Under the pieces are notes generated by a model. The model searched no databases. It was not told the DNA's origin and worked only from the letters and a program-made list of their open reading frames with translations. Both the position numbers and the translations under genes were made by a program. Shown piece by piece: positions 20,259-31,255 of a stretch of DNA of 64,000 nucleotides; within the stretch, counting starts at the first letter, position 1, and each line of letters starts with the position of its first letter. Source of the DNA: Rebecca billardiae RCC1528 (Eukaryota > Protista > Haptophyta); NCBI GenBank assembly GCA_965240325.2, contig OZ251244.1, positions 1,178,001 to 1,242,000 of the forward strand, written 5' to 3'.

Positions 20259-23200
20259 TGTCAAAGGAATCGCCAATCTACATACAGTGATTTCCAATTT
20301 CCAATCCAACATTTTACTCGCAGTCACACAGTGGCGGCGCGCGACCGCTGCGGCGGCGCTCGCACAAAATCCTCCAAAATCAACGACCTGAACCTCATCC
20401 TAAAATACAGCAGGACAGCATGGCTGGCGGCGACCTGGCGGCGGCATCTGGAAGCATTCTAGATGCTTCCGAAACTCGTGAACGAAACATGAGCCGATCA
20501 CACAAAACAAGCTGAGCTCACCACCGCAAACAAGAGCCGAAGCTCGTCGACCGCGACTCGACCGTCAAGCTCAAGACGCGTTCCCTGACATGCTAGCACG
20601 GTGCTGGGAGAACTTGGGCAAGGATGGAGACGACGAGAACAGCGGCAAGGACGTGAACGGCCATCAGCCCGCCCCAGTTGCTCCCCTCATTGGGTTGAAG
20701 CCAGGCGTGGGCAGAGCGCCCGGCAATGCCGCACAGCCGTCATCGGCGATCGCGCGCAAGTGCACGCCAGACTACCTCGCCGCTGCCCTGAGGGGCATGC
20801 AGGCTGAGAAGAACCGGCAAGGCGAGAAGCTCACGCTTCTCCGCAAGCCCATCTCCAGCGCCTACGGGCCTGGCAACACCGCTGACCTGAATTCAGGCAG
20901 CCACGCGTCGAGTGCGATTGCACCGCGCGTCGACTGGCTTCATGCCGAGTCAATCAAGGATCACCTTGAGGAGGAGGTTCGCGCACAGCGCGGTGAGGAG
21001 GAGCGTTGCCGCTCGCATCCCCCGCCATCGCGCCACTCCATCCGCACGCACGTCGTTGCGCAGGGGATCTCAACCACTACCGCCCGGGACTTGGCGCCCG
21101 CAAGCGCGGCTGAGCGCGAGGCCGAGTGCCCGCAGCTCAAGGAGTGCCTTGCTGCCTCCGAGTCATCGAACGAGGTCACCGAGCGTTCCGGGGCAGATGT
21201 AGCGCTCGACGCTGCTGCCGCTGATGCCGCTCCGACCGTCGAGGCCCTCGAGCCTGCCGACGCTGCTCGGCGTGCTGGCCTTCTGGCCGCCGCCAATGAC
21301 AGCGCGGTCGTGACCGCAGTCAGTCTGCAGCCTCGCGCGCATGACACTGTGTCTGAGTCTGACCGATCGAACGATGACATTAGCACCGATGAGTGCGACT
21401 CAAACGACCTGTATGGTCTGGCAGAGCAAACTATGCTCCAAGATGCTACGACGCGTGACTCAGTCACCGCGAGCACCAGCCCCAATATTCATTGCCAAGG
21501 CCGAACCAAACCCATCGTATTTTTGGAGATGACCAACAAATACGTTTACCCCAAAATTCACGGGGCCCTCGCAGGCCTCACGATGGCTTCCGAAGCCGAG
21601 CTGCTCGCCACGAGCGACACAAGCATCCGCGAGATGACCGCCGCAGAGACGGCAGAGTCCTCGTCTGGCACGTATCGACTCGCGTCGAACGTAGGAAGCG
21701 CATACGATGCAGGGGGGGCATCATACACCTGCTTGACGGCAAAGCCGCAGCAAAACCAAGTTGGCGAGCGCGACGCGCGTGCGCATGCATCAGCTGCGTC
21801 AGCCATCACAACGCCACACTCTTGCAAGGAAGAGTATTCCGCCGAAGCTGCCGCGGATGCACATGCATCACCGCTGGACAGAACGAGCGTGAAGAAGCCC
21901 AAAGAAGGCACCACAGCCTCGACGAGGGTCACTCCTCGCTCGAAGGTAGAGCGCGAATCGCCACAGAGCGCGCGCGACACATCGACCAATGCACTTGAGT
22001 CGAAGAAACGTGACTGGATAGTCATCGAAGGAGGAGTCACAGACTCTAATCCAACCAAGAAGGAACGTGTGTTCATGGCACGCGAATCCTCGGCAGGAGT
22101 GGATACACCCGCCACACACAAGCTGACACAGTCGGCTCTGAAATCCAAGCGCGCGGTACACAGCGCGATACGGGATGCACTCGCAGAAGTGAGCACCTAC
22201 TACAAGGGCAAATCCTCAGATGTCACACCTGACATAATGGATCCCAAGGATAGCAAGCTATCCGGCTTTCAACTCATTGCCAAAGACAAATGGGTGAAAG
22301 ACGCAGCCAAAATCGATCCATACAAGGCTGACAACGCTGACGCCAACAAGATCGGATCGGTCTACGATCGATCTGCGGCAGCGATATTCAAGCAGCTGAA
22401 GGACTCTATTGAGCCTCAGTTATTCGCCTATCTGGAATCGAAGCTGCACATCAGCGATCCGACCAAGAACTACTTGGATCTGGCGCTGCTGCTACAGATA
22501 TTCGAGCGCGAGCTCAAGATCACAACTATGTCCGAACTCAGGGATGAATTCCTGAAGTTATACCCGACAAAGGTGTCGCCCATTGGCGCATCGGACATTA
22601 TCAAGAAATCCGTCGAGCAAGTCCGCTCATCTCGATATGGGAATCTGGACGATGCTACGATGTTGGTCTTCAAGCTGTATAACAGCATGCACGACCATCC
22701 CCAAGTCTACGAGTCTGTTATCTCGCACTTCGGAGCGCTCACGCCCGAGCAATGTGTGGATAACACTGACCAGATAATGGCCCAGATGGAAGATGCCTAC
22801 AAACGGCACGGCTCAATGAAGCTACTCCATCAGAACAATACCAAGGGGAGAGAGACCGAAAATTATTCCAAGATACGCCAAAATGCTGATTATCAGCAAG
22901 GCACGCGGCGACGCGGTGACTTTGAGGGCGCCGAAGTCTTCGCCGCTCAGGCCCAAAAGGCTCCAGCCAATGGCGAGAGCGGGCCGAATAACTCGGACAC
23001 CGGCAAACGGTGCACTCACTGTGGTCTCAAGAACCATACTGCCCAGCAGTGTTGGAAGCTCCACCCAGAGCTACGCCCCAAGGCCAAAGAGTGAACATAT
23101 GGTGCAAATAAGCCCAGGACTGACTCGGGTTACCCAAAACCGTCACACGGAAGTCCCAGCACATGACCCGTATCCTGGCATTGGCAACCATTACTGACTC

Positions 23201-23633
23201 CAATTCGCTCATGCACACAGATGCACAAACAATACCAAGCCCAAAATCACTCATAATCCAAGCTTAGTCCTCACAGACGAGCGCATATTGGATTGAGGGG
23301 GGGTGTCAAAGGAATCGCCAATCTACAGTGATTTCCAATTTCCAATCCAACATTTTACTCGCAGTCACACAGTGGCGGCGCGACCGCTGCGGCGGCGCTC
23401 GCACAAAATCCTCCAAAATCAACGACCTGAACCTCGATCATCCTAAAATACAGCAGGACAGCATGGCTGGCGGCGACCTGGCGGCGGCATCTGGAAGCAT
23501 TCTAGATGCTTCCGAAACTCGTGAACGAAACATGAGCCGATCACACAAAACAAGCTGAGCTCACCACCGCAAACAAGAGCCGAAGCTCGTCGACCGCGAC
23601 TCGACCGTCAAGCTCAAGACGCGTTCCCTGACA
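20259..23633 (+). mobile_element. Non-autonomous Gag-only LTR retrotransposon (TR-GAG-like, Copia-type Gag)
   Basis: LTRs 20259-20590 and 23304-23633 (TG...CA); 5-bp TSD GTGTC (20254-20258, 23634-23638); polypurine tract GAGGGGGGG at 23295-23303; no pol. Confidence 0.95.
20590..23094 (+). CDS. gag: Gag-like protein with C-terminal CCHC zinc knuckle (834 aa)
   Basis: CTHCGLKNHTAQQCWKLHP knuckle at the C-terminus; ORF fills the space between the LTRs. Confidence 0.8.
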   Translation: MLARCWENLGKDGDDENSGKDVNGHQPAPVAPLIGLKPGVGRAPGNAAQPSSAIARKCTPDYLAAALRGMQAEKNRQGEKLTLLRKPISSAYGPGNTADLNSGSHASSAIAPRVDWLHAESIKDHLEEEVRAQRGEEERCRSHPPPSRHSIRTHVVAQGISTTTARDLAPASAAEREAECPQLKECLAASESSNEVTERSGADVALDAAAADAAPTVEALEPADAARRAGLLAAANDSAVVTAVSLQPRAHDTVSESDRSNDDISTDECDSNDLYGLAEQTMLQDATTRDSVTASTSPNIHCQGRTKPIVFLEMTNKYVYPKIHGALAGLTMASEAELLATSDTSIREMTAAETAESSSGTYRLASNVGSAYDAGGASYTCLTAKPQQNQVGERDARAHASAASAITTPHSCKEEYSAEAAADAHASPLDRTSVKKPKEGTTASTRVTPRSKVERESPQSARDTSTNALESKKRDWIVIEGGVTDSNPTKKERVFMARESSAGVDTPATHKLTQSALKSKRAVHSAIRDALAEVSTYYKGKSSDVTPDIMDPKDSKLSGFQLIAKDKWVKDAAKIDPYKADNADANKIGSVYDRSAAAIFKQLKDSIEPQLFAYLESKLHISDPTKNYLDLALLLQIFERELKITTMSELRDEFLKLYPTKVSPIGASDIIKKSVEQVRSSRYGNLDDATMLVFKLYNSMHDHPQVYESVISHFGALTPEQCVDNTDQIMAQMEDAYKRHGSMKLLHQNNTKGRETENYSKIRQNADYQQGTRRRGDFEGAEVFAAQAQKAPANGESGPNNSDTGKRCTHCGLKNHTAQQCWKLHPELRPKAKE

Positions 23634-23776
23634 GTGTCACTCGACTCACGCTCAGGCAACGTCGTCCGGATGCGCCGGATGGTGCGAGGAGTGACGACCG
23701 ACTGAGTACTGACTAGCCAACTGACATTTACTGACCGCTGTCGCTGACGACGATGCCGCGCAGCTCGCAGCCCGAT

Positions 23777-24539
23777 TCATAATGAGGAGGGATGAGCCGC
23801 AGCAGGGCGCACCAGGGGCTCCGTGTCCGTTGCTGACCCAGCGCACGCCGTCGACTTCGCGCCCAGATGCTGAGCGAGCCATGCGAACCCAGCATGCACG
23901 CCCTCCGCATCGCCCGTGGCCGAGCACTCCTGCAACTCGAACGGATGTGCATGCCGCTCGTGCTCGTTCTCGTCAAAGAGCCCGCCTCTCTCGCTGAACC
24001 GCGAGGCCACCTGTTCCACTGGCATGGCGCCGGGCAGGTCCTGCTTGTTGGCGAGGATGAGCACCGGCGCGCGCTCGCGCAGCATCTGCCCGTCGCGGAG
24101 CGCCGCGCGCAGGTCATCGATCGCTCCGTCTAGCTGTGCGTGCGCGTGCGCGTCAATGACGTAGATGAACGCATCGTAATCGCGGTGATGCGCTTGCCAA
24201 AACGCCCGGTGCCGATCGGGGATGTCCCAGCACTCGAACTCGAGCCCGCTCACAAGCAGGGCCTCCACGTTGAACCCTGCGTGCGGTGCGTGAGTGGGCA
24301 CATGCCAGGCGGTGGTGGGCACAGGCCGCATCGGCGCTTGCACGCGCGCACCGCTGCGGGGTCACACCAACGGTGGGCATGGCAGAGACGACCATCCCCA
24401 TCTTCATGCGATACAGAATCGTCGTTTTGCCCGCAGCATCGAGCCCGAGCATGGCTACTCGCAGCCTTCTCCGCCGGAGAGATAGCCTGTGCAGGAAGCC
24501 GAAGCATCCGCACCAAGCGGATAAAGCCGCCGCCACCAT
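23777..24539 (-). CDS. Divergent ARF/ARL small GTPase (2 exons)
   Basis: GLDAAGKTT (G1), PTVGFNVE (G2), NKQD (G4), CSA (G5); intron 24277-24367. G3 reads WDIPDR rather than WDxGGQ. Confidence 0.85.
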
Positions 24540-25826
24540 CCACTGGGCGCAGGAATTTCGGGTGGGGATTTTCTTTTCCGAATATGTTGGTGATGCCGTC
24601 AGAGCACCACCAACCTCTGCCGCTGGCGGCTGCGCTGACAGCGCGCTGGGCGGCGCTGGAGGGGCGAGATGGGCGCCGACTGCGCGCCCTCCTGCGGTAG
24701 TTGCGTGCCCGCGAAGGCGGTGCGCGTGGTTGAGCGCGGCTGAAGAGCAGCCATTTGCGTCGTTCCACCGCTCGCCGTTCGGAATCACTGCATCCGCCGC
24801 GCCTCAGGCCATCGCGTGCGCCGCACCAACAAGGAAGTTGTGTGCATTCCTCGGCTGACTGCACGCGTGCCGCGAGCAGCGGCGTCGGCGTCCGGCACTT
24901 GGTTGCACTGGGCAATGTCCAGGTAGTTTATGCACGCGGCATCGCTCGTCACAGTACGCTGCCTGGCATACGCATCTGCACGGGTCACACAGCCGTCAAA
25001 AGGCATGATCGAGCATCACGCAGCGGTTGGCATCGACCTACGGCGAGGGTCGTGTGAGCATGCAAAGCACTGACATGCGCCCTTCTGGATAGTGATGTAG
25101 TGAGTACATTCCCGCGTGAAAGGAGCGCGCGCCATTCAGGCACCGGAAGCGGCGTCGGGGCTGGATGCTCACGTCTTAGGCAGGCTGATGCTGCCTTCCG
25201 GCTGCACGGGTGCGTCTATCAAGGCTGACCGTGTGTTCACGATGCGCACCGTCAAGTTCGACACGAACGTCCAGACGTGAGCTACTGCTTGACAAGGTAG
25301 TATACACACATTCATACACGCGCCATGTCATCCGAGGAGGCACATACACGCAGGCCATCATGGGCCTCGTTCAGGTATATTCTGCATCAGCACGCATGCA
25401 TGCACGTACTAGCTCGGGCCAAGATTGACGTCGGAGCACGAGTCAGGGAGTTCAATGCCGGGGCAGAGCTGGACAGCGGTCACGTGTGTGGCCACTCCGC
25501 GCGAGCGCACATGCTCCGCGTCACCGCATATCAGCATGGCGTGCGCTGCAACGTCATCGTCGGGCCAGAGCGCTTGTTCGACCAATCGGCTCGCATGAAT
25601 GATGCAATCAGCACACCTGAACGCAGCTGTTCGGACCCGCGCTCATGCGCGGCGGCGCAAGGTAGCGCAGTGCGTACAGCGTAGGCCTCGCCGCGCGGAA
25701 GCGCATGCTCCGTGTGTGTCTCGCCTCGCATGGCGCACGCGGGCGAGGCTGGCCGTGTGGCGGTGTGCACAGACAAGTGCTGGCCCGAGGCAAGTACAGC
25801 CGAATGCGATGCGCGGCGCGAAGCGG

Positions 25827-25926
25827 NNNNNNNNNNNNNNNNNNNNNNNNNNNNNNNNNNNNNNNNNNNNNNNNNNNNNNNNNNNNNNNNNNNNNNNNNN
25901 NNNNNNNNNNNNNNNNNNNNNNNNNN
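25827..25926. other. Assembly gap (100 N)
   Basis: Run of N. Confidence 1.
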
Positions 25927-27694
25927 CGCGAAGCGGCGAATGGCACTTCAGCACGACTGCCCAGCCTAGCTCGCCGGCTCTGCGCTCGCGGGATCGTCCA
26001 CACGCACGGGAGCGCGGCGCCGTCGCCCGCTCGCCCGAGACGCGCGCGTCCGCCGCGCAGCGCGCGGCTGAATAAATGCAAGGCGGAAATAAAAAGCGCG
26101 CCGATTTTCTCCGACCCTGGGTGCCGTGTCCCCAGTGGGTACCGTGGCGGCGCTACCATCGGCGACGGCTTCATGGGCGGTGACAGTTGGCGGGCGTCAA
26201 TCTCGCCTGCCTGAGCTGTGTGCGTCTCTTATTCTTAGTAAACTGTACTGGATGCTGTGATCCCGGAACGCCGCAGAAAAGGCGGGAGTCGGGACCCGCC
26301 GAACCGGACATGTCGTTGGTCGGCCGGCCGGCGATGGCGGTACGCGCTGCCCCGCTGTTCGATCGGCTTCTTCAACATCCGCGGCGCACGTCTGCGCCGA
26401 TGGGCCCGGCGCTCACGCGCGAGCGCGAGGCACCGAGTGCATCGACGCTTGCCGGGAACTCTGGCAAGAGCCCGAGCAGTGGCCGCGCGATCCCTCACGA
26501 CGACGGCTCGCATGATGGCTCAGAGCGGAGGAGCCGAGGTATGATGGCTCAGAGGAGGAGCCGAACCTCGGCTACCAGCCATATCCGCTGCAGGTCGAGG
26601 TCGGGGTCGGAGGGCGTGGACGGCGAGAACGGCGCCTCACAGGACGTCATCGCCCGCCAGGTATGGCAGTGTGTGGAATGCGACGACAGGCAGGGCCCTG
26701 GCGTGGGCATGTACGCGCAGCTGGTGCAACGCGGAGCGCAACCAGGGCGGCAGAGGCCTTGGGCTGCACAGCTGCCCCCAGCTGTCGTTCGGCTTCGAGC
26801 TGCGCAACCGCGGGCTTAATGCGGCAGCAGGGGCGCTGCCGCTGTAGCGGCGACTAATCGAGGGCGCGGTGCCCGGGTTCGTTGCGAAGAAGGGCGGACC
26901 CAAGCGGTCACAGATCAGCGTGCAGCCCCTTCCGGCACGCGGTGGAGACAATGGTACGCTCACCTGCTGCGCGGGTGGCCGGAACGGGTGACTCACTACT
27001 TTATTATTATATATACTTATTTTCAGTCTGATGGCATCAGCAGCAGCAGCAATAATATACACTACGCCGTCGCATCATATATATACGACTACGGTAACGA
27101 CTGAGTACTGACCGGACGCCGCGTCGTAGTGTGCGTGCGATGATATTGCTATGCAGAGTCGTAGAGCAGAGAGCAGACGAGAGAGAGATATTATATCAGC
27201 ATATGCTATATACTGTACGATCAGCGCAGCTAGTCACATGTTACGACATGATGGCACAGTGTCGTCTGGGGCAGCGCGCGATGCAGCGTGCTGCGCCTCG
27301 GCGGGGCGCGGCGATGCGGCGGCGTCGCGCGCGGGCGCGCGGCGCTCCTTGCCGCGCTCCGTGGCCGCTGCGGAGTCGAGTCATCGCTCGTCAGATCATC
27401 ACGATCGACGGCGGACCGGACCGCGGCGGCGGCGGCGGCGAAGCAGCGCGTGCTCGCACGCTAGCAGCGGCGGTGGGCCTCGGGAGTCGGCCGCCGCCGG
27501 TTTGGGGTTGGTATACAGGGCATGTGCGCGCGTATGCGTTCTGTGCTCGCTCAGCCGTGCCCTTCGGCGGCGGCGGGTCGCGCGTGTGCTGCTCACGCGT
27601 GCGTGGGCGGGTGGAGCGTCGGAGGGGCGTGCGCTCGCAGCCGCGGAGTGTGGGCCGGCCGTGGCGACGCCGCGGCCTGCCGCCGGCCGCGCGC

Positions 27695-30600
27695 TCAGTC
27701 GCTCGCGGGCGCGGCGTCGCTTGACTCGCTCGAGCCCTCCGCAGTGGCCTCCGCGCCAGCGACGTCGGCTGAGACGGCCGCGGGCTCGGCGGCATCGCTT
27801 GCACTGGCCTCCGCCGCCTCCGCCTCCGCCTCCTCCGCCGCGCCAGCCTCGCCGTCCGCCGCGCGGTCTGAGCTGGGCTCCGGCGACGCCGTCGCCACGG
27901 CGGCTGCGGGCGCGCCCACGGCCGCGGCAACGACGAGCAGCTCCGCGCACACGTCGTGTCCCGCCTGGATCGCGCGGCTGAGCGGCGTCCAGCCCTTCAC
28001 GTTGTGCGACGGGTCCGCGCCGCGCTCAAGCAGCAGCTTTACCATCTCGGCGTGTCCGGCACCGCACGCGGCCATCAGTGCGGTGTGGTCGCCGTCGCCG
28101 TCCTCCGAGTCCACAGCCTCGACGTCGGCGCTCGCATCCAGCAGCAGCTCGGCGCAGTAGATCTCGCCGCGCGAGCTCGCCGACATGAGCGCCGTCCAGC
28201 CGCTCGGCAGCGCGTGCTCGAGCTGCGCGCCACCCTCGAGCAGCGCGGCGACGCACTCGTGGTGTCCCGTCTCGGCGGCGAGCATCAGGCAGGTGAAGCC
28301 GCCGTGGACGGTCTGCTCGGCGTCGGCGCCGCCGTCGAGGAGCGCACCGACGCACGCGGCATGGCCCCTCTCGCACGCGAGCGCGAGCGCGAAGAAGCCG
28401 TCCTCCTTGCGGTGCGACGCGTCCGCGCCCGCCGCGAGCAGCGCCGCCGCCACGTCCGCGTGCCCCTCCTGGCACGCCACCGTCAGCGCGGTGAAGCCGT
28501 GCTCGTCGGCGAACGCCGCGCTAGTGCCCTGCTCAAGCAGCCGCGAGACGCGGCCGGCGTCACCCTCGTAGCTCGCCAGCAGCAGGTCCTCCTCCGGCGG
28601 CAGCTCGTCGTCGGCGACGTCGAACACCTCGAGCTCGGACGGCGCGGCCTCGGAGCGCGCCTCCGCCTCCTCCGCCTCCGCCTCCGCCTCCGCCTCCGCC
28701 TCCGCCGCGCCCTCCGCCTCCTTGCCCGCCTCGGCGGCCGGGTCCGCTTCGGCCAGGTCCGCCTCGTCGGCGGCGACCGCGTCGTCGGCGTCGGCCTCGG
28801 CGAGGGCGGGCGGCGGCGGCGTGGCGGCGCGCGGCGGCGTGGGCGCGATGATCGCCAGCTCCGGCGCCGAGGGCAGCTCATGCTCTTCCTCCTCGCCCTC
28901 CGCAGGCTCCTCCAAAGGCGTCGCCGAGCGCGAGGCCCCCTTCGGAGTCGCGATCGCCGGCGGCGTGCCGACGCGCGAGGTGGGCTTCGAGCTGGCGGGC
29001 GTGCCCGCCGGCTTGGGCGACGGCGCGGGCGACGCCTTGGCTGACGCGGCGGCGGAGGCGGCGGGCGAGATGGCGCGCGAGCCGGCGGCGGAGGCGGCGG
29101 GTGTGCCCGCGGCGGGCGTGCCCGCTGGCTTGGGCGACGGCGCGGGCGACGCCTTGGCCGAGGCGGCGGCGGAGGCGGCGGGCGAGATGGCGCGCGAGCC
29201 GGCGGCGGAGGCGGCGGGTGTGCCCGCGGCGGGCGTGCCCGCTGGCTTGGGCGACGGCGCGGGCGACGCCTTGGCCGAGGCGGCGGCGGAGGCGGCGGGC
29301 GTGACGGCGCGCGACGCGGCGCGCGAGGCGGCAGCAGAGGCGGCGGCGGAGGCGGCGGGTGTGCCCGCGGCAGGCGTGCCGGCCGGCTTGGGCGACGGCG
29401 CGGGCGACGCCTTGGCTGACGCGGCGGCGGAGGCGGCGGGCGTCTGGGCGCGCGACGCGGCGCGCGACGCAGCGGCGGAGGCAGCAGGCGTGCCGGCGGC
29501 GGGCGTGCCCGCCGGCTTGGGCGAGGCGGCGGCCGACGCCTTGGGCGAGGCCGAGGGCGGCGAGGCGGCGCGCGAGCCCGGCTTGGGCGTGCCGACCACC
29601 GGCGTCGCCGCCGGCTTGGGCGAGTTCAGCTTGGAGCCCGGCTGCGGCGTGCGCGCCTTAGGCGTCACGGAGCGCGACACGGCCTTCGGAGTGAAGGACA
29701 CGGAGGGCGTGTAGCTGTGCCGCGACGGCGCCTTGGACGGCGCCTTGGACGACGCCCTCGACGAGCCCTTCGGCGTGTCCGCGACGGGCGGCGTCGCCAG
29801 CCGCGAGCCCGCCTTTGGCGACGGCGCGGGCGAGATGGCACGCGAGTTGGCGGCCGAGGCGGCGGCGGAGGCGGCGGGTGTGCCCGCGGCGGGGGTGCCC
29901 GCAGACTTGGGCGTGGCCGCCGTCGGCGTCGCCGCAGGCTTCGGCGTGGCGAGCTTCGACGAGCGCGGCGTGCCGGCCGCAGGCGTGCCCGCCGGCTTGG
30001 GCGACGGCGCCGGCGACGCCTTGGCCGACGCGGCGGCGGAGGCGGCGGGCGTGCCGGCGGCGGGCGTGCCGGCCGGCTTGGGCGACGGCGCGGGCGACGC
30101 TTTGGCCGACGCGGCGGCCGAGGCGGCGGGCGTGGCGAGCTTGGAGCCCGGGCGTGGCGACGCGGCCGTCGGCGTGGCGGCCGGCTTTGGCGTGGCCAGC
30201 TTCGAGGAGCGCGGCGACGCTGCCACCGGCGTGCCCGCCGGCTTGGGCGACGGCGCGGGCGACGCCTTGGCCGACGCGGCGGCGGAGGCGGCGGGCGTGC
30301 CGGCGGCGGGCGTGCCGGCCGGCTTGGGCGACGGCGCGGGCGACGCTTTGGCCGACGCGGCGGCCGAGGCGGCGGGCGTGATGGCGCGCGAGCCGGCGGC
30401 TGAGGCGGCGGGCGTACCGGCCACCGGCGTGCCCGCCGGCTTGGGCGACGGCGCGGGCGACGCCTTGGCCGAGGCGGCGGCGGAGGCGGCGGGCGTGGCG
30501 AGCTTGGAGCCCGGGCGCGGCGACGCGGCCGTCGGCGTCGCGGCCGGCTGCGGCGTTGCGAGCTTCGACGTGGGCCTCGGCGACGCGGCGGTGGGCGTGG

Positions 30601-31255
30601 CGGCGGCGGGCGGGGTGGCGGGCTTGGGCGTCGAGGCGACGGGCGGCGTGCCGGCCTTCGGCGTCGACGACGCCTGCGGCGTGGCGACCTTGGACACGGG
30701 CTTGGAGGCGACCTGGAAGCCGGCGTGCGACGCAGCCCTCGATGCGGCCGCGGGCGGGTTGGGGCTGGACGAGTCCGGGGCGGCCGCCGCGTCGGGCTCA
30801 CTCGCGTCGTCGGTGGTCACCGCCATCGCGCCCACGTCCATCGCCGGAGGCGTCGCCGGCTTCGAGGCGTGCTTGGACGAGGACGGCGGCGTGGCCGGCT
30901 TGGACGACTCAGCCGCATCCGGCCCCGGCGCCGGCGAGCGGGAGGCGGACGAGGTCGCGTCGGGCGTCGGCTCTCGCACCTCGACGATGATGTCCTCGGG
31001 TGCGGCTTTCGTGTTGCGCGGCGTCTCGGGCGGCGGTGTCTTGGGCGTGTGCGACACCGGCGGGGTGGCCAGGCCGTTCGGGTACTTGCCCTTCTTGTCC
31101 GCAACGCGCGCGGAGGCCGACGGAGCGGGCGAGGCCGTGACGCTGCGGGGGGCGGAGTTGGTGCCCGTCATGCCCTTCTGCTGGAAGGCCGGGTGCGGGA
31201 AGGGGGCGTTGCCGGCGCCGGCGGCACCCTGGGGCGTGGACGCGCAGGTACCCAT
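27695..31255 (-). CDS. Ankyrin-repeat protein with N-terminal MGxC acylation motif and long A/S/P/T/K tandem-repeat region (~1186 aa)
   Basis: MGTCAS start; repeated ASAAASAKASPAPSPKPAGTP; ~7 ankyrin repeats (GFTALTVACQEGH, GWTALMSASSRG, GWTPLSRAIQAGH). Confidence 0.85.
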   Translation of the reverse strand: MGTCASTPQGAAGAGNAPFPHPAFQQKGMTGTNSAPRSVTASPAPSASARVADKKGKYPNGLATPPVSHTPKTPPPETPRNTKAAPEDIIVEVREPTPDATSSASRSPAPGPDAAESSKPATPPSSSKHASKPATPPAMDVGAMAVTTDDASEPDAAAAPDSSSPNPPAAASRAASHAGFQVASKPVSKVATPQASSTPKAGTPPVASTPKPATPPAAATPTAASPRPTSKLATPQPAATPTAASPRPGSKLATPAASAAASAKASPAPSPKPAGTPVAGTPAASAAGSRAITPAASAAASAKASPAPSPKPAGTPAAGTPAASAAASAKASPAPSPKPAGTPVAASPRSSKLATPKPAATPTAASPRPGSKLATPAASAAASAKASPAPSPKPAGTPAAGTPAASAAASAKASPAPSPKPAGTPAAGTPRSSKLATPKPAATPTAATPKSAGTPAAGTPAASAAASAANSRAISPAPSPKAGSRLATPPVADTPKGSSRASSKAPSKAPSRHSYTPSVSFTPKAVSRSVTPKARTPQPGSKLNSPKPAATPVVGTPKPGSRAASPPSASPKASAAASPKPAGTPAAGTPAASAAASRAASRAQTPAASAAASAKASPAPSPKPAGTPAAGTPAASAAASAAASRAASRAVTPAASAAASAKASPAPSPKPAGTPAAGTPAASAAGSRAISPAASAAASAKASPAPSPKPAGTPAAGTPAASAAGSRAISPAASAAASAKASPAPSPKPAGTPASSKPTSRVGTPPAIATPKGASRSATPLEEPAEGEEEEHELPSAPELAIIAPTPPRAATPPPPALAEADADDAVAADEADLAEADPAAEAGKEAEGAAEAEAEAEAEAEEAEARSEAAPSELEVFDVADDELPPEEDLLLASYEGDAGRVSRLLEQGTSAAFADEHGFTALTVACQEGHADVAAALLAAGADASHRKEDGFFALALACERGHAACVGALLDGGADAEQTVHGGFTCLMLAAETGHHECVAALLEGGAQLEHALPSGWTALMSASSRGEIYCAELLLDASADVEAVDSEDGDGDHTALMAACGAGHAEMVKLLLERGADPSHNVKGWTPLSRAIQAGHDVCAELLVVAAAVGAPAAAVATASPEPSSDRAADGEAGAAEEAEAEAAEASASDAAEPAAVSADVAGAEATAEGSSESSDAAPASD

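Noticed and set aside
24860-26100. Possible multi-exon minus-strand gene spanning the N gap
   Set aside because: Only short protein-like stretches; no consistent exon chain or family motif could be built.
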